DNA of 64,000 nt from Azolla caroliniana. Its lineage: Eukaryota; Plantae; Polypodiophyta. Both the position numbers and the translations under genes were made by a program. The stretch lies in assembly GCA_043228905.1 (NCBI GenBank), contig JBHGNT010000009.1:7130001-7194000 (forward strand), given 5' to 3'. The notes under the pieces are model-generated. The model ran no database searches, was not told where the DNA came from, and saw nothing but the letters and a program-made list of their open reading frames with translations. Shown here piece by piece: positions 12,601 through 24,673 of this stretch (position 1 is its first letter; each line of letters starts with the position of its first letter).

Positions 12601-15600
12601 CCGTCTTTGCCTGGAGTTTCGGGATGTAGCCGATCAAGTCCGGCTTGAGACATGTGGCCAAGTCGGCCATGCCATAAGTTCGGGTCGGGTTTCTCGGCTA
12701 CGTTCACAGCCCCTTCAGGGTTGATCGCCATCAATGGGTACAGATTGTTTTACTTGTACCCAGTCCCGATTTTTAGGCTTCCCTGGCTGATCACCCATGT
12801 CGACTCGTGTAGAGTTGTTCGATACCCGTCTTTGGCTAACATGCCGATGGAGACCAGACTCCTCTTTAGATCGGGTACATTTCGAACTTGGTGCAGGGTT
12901 ATTCTGTTGCCATTTGGCAATCTGATGGGAACCTCCCTAGTTCCAGCTATCTTGCACTCCTACCCATTTCCTAGTCGGAATGTGCCACTAGTGTCGGTTG
13001 AATAGTTTGAGAACCATTCAACGTTGGGGGTCACGTGAAATGTGGCAACAGAGCCTAGTAGCCACGTGTGTGCATCTTGTGCACTGTAGAGGACTTCTCC
13101 GATCATCGAAACCTCTAGGGAGAGGATTTCTCTAGATCGGGTGTCGGCAACATTGATCTAGTTGCTGACTGGAGACTGGTCCGAGTCGGAATGTCCCCGA
13201 TTCCGCTCGGATCGCCGACCACTCGCTTTTCTTTTTATTGACCAACATCCATAAAACATTGTGGCCAGCTTTCGTGTAGTGTGTGCAGTACTCACTTGTT
13301 CGGCCCGTTTTCGACTTCGATCGTTGTTAGTCTCCCCTCGTTCTCAATCGGTTGTAGCGATGACCGGTTCTGTCAGCTTGTTCTTTCGGTTGAACTACTC
13401 AATCGAGTGGTGGGCTCATGCCGACTCGTCAATGAATAGTCCCATTGATTTTTGCTTGATGTCCTTTGTGAGGACTTGGCCAGTTGTTTCGTCCAAATTT
13501 AGGATCGGTCGGCTATTGGTGTATGTCGTACAGAATACCTCCCAACTCATTGGCAAGCTCGATAGGAGGGCAAGGGCTTTCACTTCTTCTTCGAAGTTGA
13601 TCCCTTGGGATGAGAGCTCTGACAACACCCGACTGAAGGTGTTGATGTGGGATGTTGCCGGATCAATCTCTTTCATCTTCATGTTGAACAATTGTTTGAT
13701 CAATATCAGTTTTGAAGATGAGGACTTCTTCTCATATACGGCCTGTAATTTCCCCCACAATGTCAACGTTGTCGTCTCTCTTGCCATGCTGAAATAGACA
13801 TTTTCAAACAGATGCATTCAGATGGTGGAGTGAGCTATTTCGTCCAATGACCTCCACTCTTCTGTTGTCATTGAAGCAGGCTTCTCGTTGTGTTGAATGG
13901 CTTTGACCTGCCTTCGGATGATCAAGACATCTTGCATCATCTCTTTCCACAAGGCAAAGTTTTTGCCGTTGAACTTTCTGATTTCAACTCTTGTTCCAGA
14001 TGTTGAAGCCATATTCTATCTATAGATTTGAGATTTCTGACCTGGTCTTTTCTTTCAGCTTCTCTTCTGTTGTTTGTTGCCACCGCACGGCAAAACCGGC
14101 TCTGATACCACTTCTGGAATATGTCGTCGTTTATGTGGAAGTGTTTGTTCGATTTTATGGATGTGAACAACAAACAACGTAAACAGAAAGTACAAAGGGT
14201 TGATTGAGACTTAGACGTTGTCGCGTTGTTACGCGCGTGCGTGGAGAACAAGGCGGGACCACTGGGGTCTTGGACCGAGGAATAGGTGAGAAAAGGGAGA
14301 GAGAGAGAGAGACGCTCACACACGTATAGACAAAGAAGCGCACGGGGACGCGGCCCAACAACACAGGAGACACGAGTTGAGCAGGAGATAGCGTATAAGA
14401 GCACTAGTGTATGTATATAAATATATGTATGTATGCAAACAACTCGAACGGTTACAGCCGATCAGGACGGCGAGATGGATGCCGACGCCTGATTACCCAC
14501 GCATACAGGGGAGCAAGATGGAGATTCTGCCGGAAGCACACGGGCGTTCCACGGAGCAGAATCAGCCTCTCGAGAACCTGCACAAAAGAAAGCTATGGAG
14601 AACGACAGAGAAGAAGTGCTCGGTCCTAGTCCGACAGCACTTCGTCCCCTCTAGTGCGCGATACCTTCTCTCCCCGTCTCCCTCTCTTCTATAGCTCAAG
14701 GAGGGAGGCCGTTTCGCTCGTTTACATCACATTAATTCTCTCTATAGAATATTGCTACCTAGGATTCAACTTTTGTGCCTACCTATCTACTATACAAGGG
14801 GTGTGCCCACGTGTAAGGGCCGGTTCACACACACTATACACGGTTTGTGCCTGGGGACGGTTTTCTTCACGACATCCGCCCCCACCTAATCGCGCATCTA
14901 CCGGTATGCGCCAAAATTGGGTTCCTACTGGAGAAAACCAGTCTTTGCTTTTATTCCTCGTTTACCGGTTCGTCCTCCACCTCGGGCTGCTCGTCGTTGC
15001 TGTCCATGCCCCCTAGCCCCGGCTCAACGTCATGTCGTTTCTTGAACGCTTTGATCCTCTTCCCCACTACCAGTATCGCCATTCTCGTACCGTCGAGCTC
15101 CGCGAGATGGTACGTCCCATTGTCGTTGGCGCCTGTTACTACGTAAGGCCCGAACCACCTCCTCGCAAACTTCCGCGTGGCCCTGTGCTGATTGTCGAGG
15201 TTGCTGTCGTAGACTAGGACCCAATCGCCTTCCTTGATCTTCCTTGGCCGGAGCCGGTGCGTTCGGTCGAACCGGGCTTTGTTCCTTATCCTTGCTACCC
15301 GAAGTTTCTCTGTGGCTCGCTCTACGTCCTCTGGCCTCCGCTCGAGCTGTCGAATCCGCGCCGCCAACAGTTCCTTCCGGCTCATCTCATCCCTCCAGTC
15401 CATCGTGGCCCACGAGGAGATCGTTCGCTCTGTTGGCATGATCAGCTTCTGTCCGAACATAAGCTCTGCCGGCATGAACCCGGTTACCGAACTGTGCGTA
15501 GTCCGGTCCGCCCACAAGGCATAAGGTAGCAGTCGTGGCCAGTTCCCGACTTGGCCTCCGCACGCCCGTACTAGCGCTTTGAAAATCGGCCCATGTCTGC

Positions 15601-18600
15601 GCTCTACCTTCCCGTTCTCCTCCGGATTGTACGCTGTGGTGAGCGAAAGTTTGACTCCTAGCCGGTCGAACAGCTCCTCGGCCTCTTCTGCGTCCAACTC
15701 ACCACGGTCAGCTACGATCTTCCCTACACACCCATATCGACATACCACGTCCTCAATCAAAAACCGGCACATGGCTGCAGTCGTCTTGTTCTGCAGGGCT
15801 CGGCCTTCAACCTGGTTCGTTAGATCCTCCCGAGCCAGCACCAGATACCACATCTGTCCTACCCCCATTGGCATCGTCACCCAATCCACCATCCACTTGA
15901 AGTGGACGGTCGGAGGGTAGGTCGGGTGAAGCTCGTCCCGGTGTCGGATCATGGAGTGCACCTGACAGCTTTCGCAAATCGTCACGAACCGATGCACGTC
16001 CCGCTATAGTCCCGGCCACCAGTACTTCCCCTTTAGCTTTTCGAACGTGGCCCACGTTCCACAGTGTCCAGCCCAAGGACTATCGTGGTACGCCGCCAGC
16101 AAATCCTCCTGTTCCTCCTTCTTTGCCACCACTCGAAGCGGGATGCCGTTCCTCTTCTTCGGGTGCTTCCATATGTACCCGTCCCGGAGAAAGAATCGGT
16201 ACGCTTTCTTCTGAATCCAGTTGGCCTCATCCTTTGTCCATGCCGCGTCCGGTCTCATTGTTTTCAGGAACCCGCCGATCTGCAGCCACTCCCCATTGTA
16301 CTTGCTCTCGTCGAAATCGTTAAGCGTGGAGTGCATTCCCTGCCGGTTGTTACGTAAGCCGCCTCGAAGAAGTCCACGCCGACTTCCTCGTCCTCCGAAA
16401 CCATGCCGCCCTCGTTTTCGAACCTCGCCCTTGAAAGCATGTCGGCCATGGCACTGTCTTTTCCGGAAATGTGTCGTACTTCCGGATTTAGGGACTTGAT
16501 GTACGCTATCCACCTGAGCATTGCCAGGTTCGGCGTCGCGCATCCGGAAACCATGCCAAGAATTGGCAGGCAGTCCGTCTCGATAATTACCTCTGTCCCG
16601 ATCAGGTAGTCTTTATCGGCCTTTACCGCCGAAATAATACCCCAGAGCTCGCGTTTAACCTGGGCGTATCCTCGTTGTCGCTCACTGAGGACCTTCGCGC
16701 CGAACCGGATCGGGAAACGCATGCCGTCCTCGTCCTCTTGGTTGACGACCCATCCGATCCTGGTCGGACTCGTGTCTACCGTTACGTAAATTGGAGCGTC
16801 CTTTCCGTAGACAGCCTTTCGGAGCGCCGGAGCTGCGGCAAGTGCTTCCTTCATCTTTCGGACAGACTCTGTATGCTCGTCTCTCTACTCGAATTTTCGC
16901 CCCTTTTTCAGCAACCCGTATAACGGCTCCATGACGTGGGCGTAATGCGGGATCCATATGTGGTAGAACGCGCATGCTCCCAAGAGCCTCCGAACCTCCG
17001 TGACCGAGCTACAGTCGTGATTCATCGCGGAGATGGCTTCTACCTTAGCCGGAGATGGTTTTCGGCTGTACGACCCGCATAGGTGTCCGACGACCATGAT
17101 CTCTGATTGCCCGAAGGCCGATTTTCCCCCGGAGAAGGTGAGCCTCATGCCCTCTAACCTCTACAACACCTTCTCGCAGTCACGGATGTGCGTCGCCATG
17201 AATTTCCGACACCCGTCCGGTCCGATCGTCTCGTCCTTTTCCTCCACCGGGCATCCCTTGATCAGGATGTCGTCCAAGAACGGCATGGTGATGTCCGGGA
17301 TGCAGTCCCTGAGCACTTTGTTCATCGCATTCACCATGTGAGCCTCTGAGTTCGTCCCTCCTTGTGGCAGGGTACACATCCGCACTAGGTCGAGAGGAGT
17401 CCGCATCGTCGTAATGTCTCTGCTCTCCACGGCTAGTTGGAACTTATCGTACCCCGAGTACAGATCACCGACAGAATAGATCGACCTTCCAGCGAAGGCC
17501 TCCGCGAACTCATCTATGGTCGGTCCGATTCCCGCATTACGGATGGTCACCTTGTTGACCGGTTGTAGGTCCTAGATGAAGCGCAGCGTGCCGTTCTTCT
17601 TCGGCACCGTAAACCACCGATTCGAATACGGGGCACTCGACGGTTCGAGGATGCCCATCTCCACCTTCTGCTTCAGGAGCTTCATCAACTTCAGGATGTG
17701 AGCTCTTGGCACCCGAATCGGCTTGAGATTCCACGGTACATGCGGCACCGTGAAGATCACCATCGGTTCGACAACTGTCGGGTCTACACACCCGATCTCC
17801 TCCGGTGAGAATGCAAAAGCCTTCCTGTGCCTTCCGAGCATTCTCTGAAACCGGTCCTCCTCCACCGGCAGTAGGAAGCCGCCCCCACCGACCTTGAGCT
17901 CCCGTAGCGTTATGTCGGTGAACCGATGCCCTATGCCAGCCGGATTCCGTAAACTTGGGTCCAACGCGACCCCTTTTATCCGCTCCTCACTGCCCTCCGG
18001 CAAGGGTGTCGCGACTGGCCTCACCTTCCGGTCCATAGTCTTGTATTTCGTATCCACGCGGGCCATCCAATCCGACCCGATCCTTTCCCCGAAGTCCGTG
18101 ATGACTTCGTACATTCCCATTGATCCTACCGGAACGGTCCGGTCTTCTCTAAGGTCTTCATCGATCACCTTTCATAGTTTGCCCAAGGTGTCATCAAAAG
18201 AGACCGCCTCCACGGCGCCATTGATGTCTTCGTCGGGGAAGAGGACTCTGCATCCCTTGATCCGCTCCTCCACTCGCTTCCTCTCCCAGCTGCTAACGCC
18301 GGTTATAGTACTACCCATGGTACAAGTCTTCTTCCGTACTGTACATTTGTGGGGTTGTTCTCAGGAGTCCAGACTATCGCGGCCACACGCCTTGATAGCC
18401 CTCTCTAAAAATCCCCTCAGGTTTCGCTGCCGAGGGCCTCACGGTTACGCTCGTGGTTTGGTCTTACCGTTAGGAACTGGACCGAGTGGCGCCCGTCCTG
18501 GCTTTTGACTCTTGCATAGGCTGAACCGTTGTCCAGCACCTTGATCTCCATCCGTGCCGCTGTCGTGAAGATTTTCGGCAATAGTGTGAAAATCGCATAA

Positions 18601-18959
18601 AACGTACGAAATCGAGTATGAATCACATAGTACAATAATTGTGAAGATAACATTTTAAATAGATTTAATATCTAAGTACAAAATGATGGAGGTTTCGAAT
18701 GCACTTTATTACACGAGAAACGGACAACTAAATGTCAAGATATGAGGGTATAAAGTTTGTAAAAGGAAAGGAAAAAATTGTGAGATATCCCACATAGGCA
18801 CGACAAATACAACTCTCATCATATATAAGGTGGAGCAAAATATATTATCTTTGTGTCTATGTGTGGAGCATAGAGAGTTCAAGGTAACTTGAACTAAGAG
18901 TGGAGGTGGGCTAGCTACTCGTAAAGGGTTTTGGCCAACCAAAACCGGACCGACGATGG

Positions 18960-19218
18960 AGCCGGTGATCCGGCGGCATCCGACGGCAATCCGACGACGG
19001 TGATCTGACGGCATCCGGTGAGGCACCGGTAACCGATGGCATCCGGCGGCGGCACCGGTATCCGACGATGGCATCTGGCGGCGGCAACGGTAACCGACGG
19101 CATCCAGCGCCCCGGTATCCGGCGGCATCCGGCGAGGCACCGGTAACCGATGGCATCCGGCGGCGGCACCGGTATTCGACGACGCACCGGTAACCGATGG
19201 TATCCGGCGAACCGGCGA
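18960..19218 (+). repeat. GC-rich degenerate tandem repeats (CCGGCGGCATCCG / CACCGGTAACCGATGG) in the solo LTR
   Basis: Visible repeat units; the array is about half as long in the sister LTR (20970-21068). Confidence 0.8.
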
Positions 19219-19265
19219 CTAGATAAATAAATATATAAATATATATACATATTTAAATATACAAG

Positions 19266-19336
19266 GAGGGCAAGTAAGGATTCGAACCTTGCACCTCCAA
19301 GTTAGGAGTCAATTGGCTTACCATTAAGCCATGCTA
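19266..19336 (-). other. tRNA-like (A-box/B-box) module inside the LTR
   Basis: Minus strand TGGCTTAATGG...GGTTCGAATCC. D-arm GCTT/AAGC is perfect and T-arm CAAGG/CCTTA nearly so; anticodon and acceptor arms are irregular. Confidence 0.7.
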
Positions 19337-20582
19337 TTTAGTTGAAATTATATTTCTATCATTATACTTTTACATGTAAATTCTCACACATGAGAACTAA
19401 AATGAGTGACATGGTTATCATGCACCACATGTAATACATAAGCGCCAAATGGCAAACATGCAATTTATGCATGTCTTGTACCCTCACATGCATCATATGC
19501 ATAAGAGCATCTATAAAAGAGGGAAGGGGGAGGAGAAAAAACACGGTTTTTTTTATGAAATTAAGAAGAAGAAATTCGTTATCAAACTGATCGTGTAACT
19601 TGTTTCTTAAATCTAAAGTTAAAAGTTCAATCAATCTCTCTCAATCATGTAATCTCAACTTCTCTCTTTCCCAATCTATCTTAAGTACTTTCTCGCTAAA
19701 CCTTGCGCCAAAGCTTGTACCGACTTTGAATCCTTCCGGTCTAGAACCCCGGCGGTTCCGCCTCACGATCCGCACGTAGTGACGGATCTTCACGACACCG
19801 CCGTGATATATGGCTCTCCTAGTATAACCGGATGCGAGGACGTCTCCTGCACGAAGAAGTGCTAGTCGATCTCGACATCGCCGATTTTCACCCGTACATT
19901 CGGACAAGCCCCATGTAGTTCTTCCGTGGCGCGCGTCGCTGCCTGTATCTTCTAGCCATGCTTGGTGTTGATCGGCCATTTCCCCTTCTTGTAGAAGTCC
20001 ATGGACATCAAATTGATTTTTGACCCGTGGTCCTCCAACGCCACCACTGGTTCATGAACATCTCCGATCTTCACGGGGGTCTCTGTGGTCGCTCTGGCCT
20101 AGTGCGGCCTTGAATAGTGGCTCTCCGCCAACTCGTCTTCCAGTGCCATGTCCTCTATGTGCGTCATCCGCACCTCCACCGGCTTCTCCAGTTCTGTCTC
20201 CATTGACAGCCTCTTCCTCTTCACCAGGTCTACGATGGAGTCGTGGAACTCTCTCTTGGCGATCCCGAGCACTTCCCTCAGCGACAGTTCCACCTTGCTG
20301 TCGAGGATTCGTTCTTCCAGGACCTTTCGCAGGTCCGTGGATCTTTCGATTTCTGTGCCCAGCCGGTACCCGCCCTTCTTGGGATTATCCTGGGCGTTGG
20401 TTACACCGGCCTCATTCCGCCTTTGCCCGAATCGAGTTTCATATCGTTGCGAGGGCCCGCCCCCCCCGGTTTTTCCTACCCGCTTGTCCTCTACTAGAGC
20501 CTCATAGTTTTGACAAGCGGCTTCGACGAAGCCCATCTTTTCTTCCGCCGGGTCACTCCACCCGATTATCTCCCGGACCCGT

Positions 20583-21582
20583 TGTCGTGAAGATTTTCGG
20601 CAATAGTGTGAAAATCCCATAAAACGTACAAAATCGAGTATGAATCACGTAATACAATAATTGTGAAGATAACATTTTTAATATCTAAGTACAAAATGAT
20701 GGAGGTTTCGAATGCACTTTATTACACGAGAAATGGACAACTAAATGTCAAGATATGAGGGTATAAAGTTTGTGAAAATAAAAGAGAAAATTGTGAGATA
20801 TCCCACATAGGCACGACAAATACGACTCTCATCATATATAAGGTGGAGCAAAAGATATTATCTTTGTGTCTATGTGTAGAGCATAGAGAGTTCAAGGTAA
20901 CTTGAACTTAGAGTGGAGGTGGCTAGCTACCCAAAAAGGGTTTTGGCCAACCAAAACCGGACCGGCGATGGAGCCGGTGATCCGACGGCATCCGACGGCA
21001 ATCCGGCGGCGGCATGCGGCACCGGTATCCGGCGTCGGCGTCGGCATTCGGCGGCGGCATCCGGCGACTAGATAAAATAAATATATAAAAATATATACAT
21101 ATTTACATATACAAGGAGGGCAAGTATGGATTCAAACCTTGCACCTCCAAGTTAGGAGTCAAATGGCTTACCATTAAGCCATGGTATTTAGTTTAAATTA
21201 TATTTCTATCATTGTACTTTTACATGTAAATTCTCATCCATGAGTGCTAAAATAAGTGACATGGTTAGCATGCACCACATGTAATACTTAAGCGCCAAAT
21301 GGCAAACATGCAATTTATGCATGTCTTGTACCCTCACATGCATCATATGCATGAGAGCATCTATAAAAGAGGGAAGGGGGAGGAGAAAAAGACGGTTTTT
21401 TTTTATGAAAATTAAGAGGAAGAAATTCGTTTTCAAATCAATCGTGTAATCTCAATTTTTCTCTTTCCCAATCTATCTTAAGTACTTTCTCGCCAAAGCT
21501 TGTATCGACTCTAAATCCTTCTGGTCCAGAACCCCGGCGGTTCCGCCTCACGATCCGCGCGTAGTGACGGATCTTCACGACA
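20583..21582 (+). mobile_element. Second solo LTR of the same family, inserted between G2 gag and protease
   Basis: Ends TGTCGTG...CACGACA with TSD CCGT (20579-82 / 21583-86). Colinear with 18561-19797; tRNA-like module at 21116-21186. Confidence 0.9.
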
Positions 21583-22796
21583 CCGTTTTTCCGCGCGGTC
21601 CGCCTTTTCTTTCCTTAGTCGTGCGCCGGCGAGGCCTTCTAGCATCGTCGGCCAGAACCTAGCTTTGTTCGTCTTCGGAGCCTTGCCACCTCCGACCCGA
21701 ATACCAGCTGACGCCGAGTAGTGGACGGTCTCCGTGTGACGAGCCGCCGCCTCCTCCATCAGCCTTTTCATAACCCCTTGCCCGACGTTTAGGTTCAGGG
21801 CCCTTCAGGTCTCGCTGGCGTGCACCTGACCGTTCGACAGGTACACCACGTTGCCTCTCATCGCCTCGGCGAAGTCCCCGCAGTCCTTCCAGATGTGGCC
21901 AACCGCGTCACACCACATGCACCTGTTTTCAGCCAGAGGTCGTCGGTCACGGGCCTGTTCACCACCATCCCTCCGTGCCTGGGCGATCTGGAGATCCTTT
22001 ACCATCCGCGTCAGTTCCTCCAGAGCTGCTCCCCCGGTCGAGCCCTTGACCATGCCGGTCGAAGCCGATCCGGTCTCGAGCCAATCTCGGGTCTCTTCCC
22101 TTCGCGTTGGTGGCGTTGGCTCGAGCTTCCTTGGTGCGACAGAGCCCGCCCTTGTTGATCCTTTGTCAACCCATTCCCACCGTTTGTCGAAACGGCCACA
22201 GACCCTCTTCACCACGGCCCAGTCGGCCGTCAGCCCGTCATCAGTCTCCAATAGGAGGCCTACTTGTCCCGATCCCGCTCGTCAACTGACTTAACAAACA
22301 ATAGGACACGACTTGTGTCCAAAATGGTCTGGTCAAGCACTGAGAGGCGTGCGAAGCGTTCCTCAAACTCCCGGAGGAGCACCGACGCGTTCCTTCCTTT
22401 TTCGGGGGTCTCCACCCACTCCATGAAGTCCCGCTTCGAAAGTCGAAGCGCATCTTCAAGCCCGTATTTTTCGAGGAGCCGACCTTCGAGCTCCTCCCAG
22501 GTCTGGCTCTCGGCCCGTACCTCGAGCACCTCCGTATGGATGCCTGGCATCACCACTCGAGGGAATCCGGCTAGACGCCTCTCTTTCGGAATGTCCCTCA
22601 TTACCATCTCAGCTCGGTAGGACGCCAAGTAGCTCGTGGCATCCTTCCCACTAAACCGGCCAATCGTACCGACAACCGCCTCGATAGCCCTATCAAGGGC
22701 GCCGGTGCCTTCGTGCGCACTCACTATACGGTCCACAGCCGAAGCCATGGCTTCTGCGAGGTCCGACCCCCTCATCTTCTACTCCTCTACCGCTTG

Positions 22797-22814
22797 TTCA
22801 CGTTGGGTTCACCA
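22797..22814 (-). promoter_or_regulatory. tRNA-Trp PBS of G2
   Basis: TGGTGAACCCAACGTGAA, 4 nt from the 5' LTR. Confidence 0.82.
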
Positions 22815-23856
22815 AAGATGTTGCATTGTTACGCGCGTGCGTGGAGAACAAGGCGGGACCACTGGGGTCTTGGACCGAGGAATAGGTGAGAAAAGGGAGA
22901 GAGAGAGAGACGCTCACACACGTATAGACAAAGAAGCACACGGGGATGCGGCCCAACAACACAAGAGACACGAGTTGAGCAGGAGAGAGTGTATAAGAAC
23001 ACTAGTATATGTATATAAATATATGTATGTATGCAGACGACTCGAACGGTTATAGCCGATCAGGACGGCGAGATGGATGCCGACACTTGATCACCCACGC
23101 ATACAGGGGAGCAAGATGGAGATTCTGCCGGAAGCACACGGGCGTTCCACGGAGCAGAATCAGCCTCTCGAGAACCTGCACAAAAGAAAGCTATGGAGAA
23201 CGACAGAGAAGAAGAGCTCGGTCCCAGTCTGACAACACTTCTTCCCCGTCCGACAACACTTGTTTTATAGCTCAAGGAGGGAGGCCGTTTCGCCCGTTTA
23301 CATCACATTAATTCTCTCTATAGAATATTGCTACCTAGGATTCAACTTTTGTGCCTACCTATCTACTATACAACAAGGGGCGTGCCCACGTGTAAGGGCC
23401 GGTTCACACACGCTATACACGGTTTGCGCCTGGGGACGGTTTTCTTCACGACAACGTATACGAGCTTCAATGAAAAGCTTCTTATTTTTGCACAACGCGT
23501 TTTTTTCTCTCTCAGAGATTACAATCGTCTACACATCACAATGTTAGGTATTCGCTTATATACTTAGGCCTAACTTAACGAGTTCACACTTGGATGGATA
23601 CAACTTGGAAGGAGTCGGCCTTTTATGCCAACAGAAACAATCCTCGGCCACAACCGAGTAATCAACAAGGAATAGAAGAGAATAAACTAAAACCGAGATG
23701 ACATAGGATGTTTACATGGAAAACCCGAAACAGGAAAAAACACGGGAGCCCACGGACTCCAACTAATACTATGAGAGGAGGAATATAAAGTGAGACTCAG
23801 AGGCAACAACCTCGAGCTCTATGTCTTCAGCAATGGCGATTACAAACAGAAAACTA

Positions 23857-23868
<12 letters not shown>

Positions 23869-23920
<52 letters not shown>
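23869..23920. repeat. (TC)n microsatellite within the A1 LTR
   Basis: Pure TC run; a GA/TC tract lies at the equivalent position in other family-A LTRs (~6250, ~42500, ~60305). Confidence 0.9.
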
Positions 23921-23925
<5 letters not shown>

Positions 23926-24215
23926 GCAACAATATACAACATCTAACAATAACCACTTCTACTCCTAAAGTGATTGGCCAAAGTCATATTTATACTTATA
24001 TGACTTTAGGCCTATTTACAAATATAGCCTCGATGGGCTCACCATGAAACATATTTACACATATGTTCTTGGATCCAGTTTGCACCGGATCCATCCGGAT
24101 TCACTCGATCAGGTTTCGGGGTCTAATCTAGAACCCATCTGGATCCGATTCCTTCATCTAGCTCGTCCTCCGGTTCTCATATGGAATCCCATCTGGAGGG
24201 ACCGAATTCCCAACA

Positions 24216-24570
24216 AGGTTCACCCATCTCAGGTGCTTCATCGAAGAAGAGGGGAAAATCATCGCGCAAGGGCGATGAGATTGGAGGATGGTCATCCTGG
24301 ACACAAACGACGTTGACACCGCAATGTTCACCAAAGGACAAAAAGTCGAATCGGATATTGACTTGTAGCATAAGTGGATTCACCAGCCAATTTTGAAAGG
24401 CTTCAAGAATTGCAAGCAAAACAGATTGTGTTCGACTTGCCGAAGTAGGGCCAAAGTTCAGTAGCCGGAGGGCCCAAGTTTGTGAATCCTGTCAGCTAGG
24501 GAAGCAGCGCCGACTTCCTTTCCCCAACGAGCAAAATTGGAGCCATAACAAGCTTGACCTGATTTATTTG
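24216..24570 (+). mobile_element. Old Ale-like copia fragment (pre-integrase region)
   Basis: TGTGAATCCTGTCAGCTAGGGAAGCAG encodes CESCQLGKQRRLPFPNE, which matches 44381-44430 and 55408-55460. Confidence 0.65.
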
Positions 24571-24673
24571 TGTTGAGAATCGAACTCAACTTCCCATAGA
24601 GACAATGTTCACACTAGCCAGTGGACATCATACTAGGCTAGATTTGTAGTTAGTAGAAAGGACATTTGCCCTA
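24571..24673 (+). mobile_element. LTR fragment (family D)
   Basis: TGTTGAGAATCGAACTCAACTTCCCATAGA is the reverse complement of the LTR terminus at 43202-43231. Confidence 0.7.

Larger units (their letters stand above)
18561..19797 (+). mobile_element. Solo LTR (tRNA-Trp gypsy group) inserted just after the G2 protease
   Basis: Ends TGTCGTG...CACGACA with TSD CCGC (18557-60 / 19798-801). The host reading frame rejoins (YITA|ARMEIK). Confidence 0.9.
14951..22775 (-). pseudogene. G2 gag-pol polyprotein, interrupted by stops and two solo LTRs
   Basis: gag 22775-21511; protease LEDHGS...VILG at ~20040-19820; RT LPQG..PFLDD at 17161-17550; RNase H 16264-16854; integrase HHCC/DDE/GPY 14951-16100. 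Confidence 0.88.
14219..23453 (-). mobile_element. Full-length non-chromoviral Ty3/gypsy element G2 (Phygy/Selgy-like, tentative), decayed
   Basis: 3' LTR 14219-14874 and 5' LTR 22819-23453; 4-bp TSD ACGT (14215-18 / 23454-57). tRNA-Trp PBS 22814-22797; PPT TTAGGTGGGGGCGGA at ~14889-14875. Domain order gag(CMWCDAVGHIWKDC)-PR-RT-RH-INT(GPY); no chromodomain seen. Confidence 0.92.
5883..23633 (-). mobile_element. Ty1/copia element B (Tnt1-like), decayed; coding 9903-14012
   Basis: TSD GAAAC on both sides. 5' LTR 14113-14218 + 23458-23633; 3' LTR pieces 5883-5925 and 9638-9745. PBS TGGTATCAGAGC at 14110-14099; PPT TTTTACGGGGGAGTT at ~9760-9746. RT motif ILYVDDML at 10645-10875. Confidence 0.88.
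2930..24215 (-). mobile_element. Ty1/copia element A1 (Tto1/Tork-like), decayed; internal region 2930-5868, 5' LTR split into 5872-5882 and 23639-24215
   Basis: RT motif LLLYVDDML (3982-4404), RNase H, integrase and gag fragments. PBS TGGTATCAGA at 5868-5859. The 5' LTR is interrupted by element B with TSD GAAAC (5878-5882 / 23634-23638). gag is fused directly to integrase near 5525 by an internal deletion. Confidence 0.85.

Noticed and set aside
19266-19336. Functional tRNA gene (Arg-CCT-like loop CTCCTAA)
   Set aside because: Acceptor and anticodon stems do not pair properly, so it is called tRNA-like only; the same applies to the other modules.
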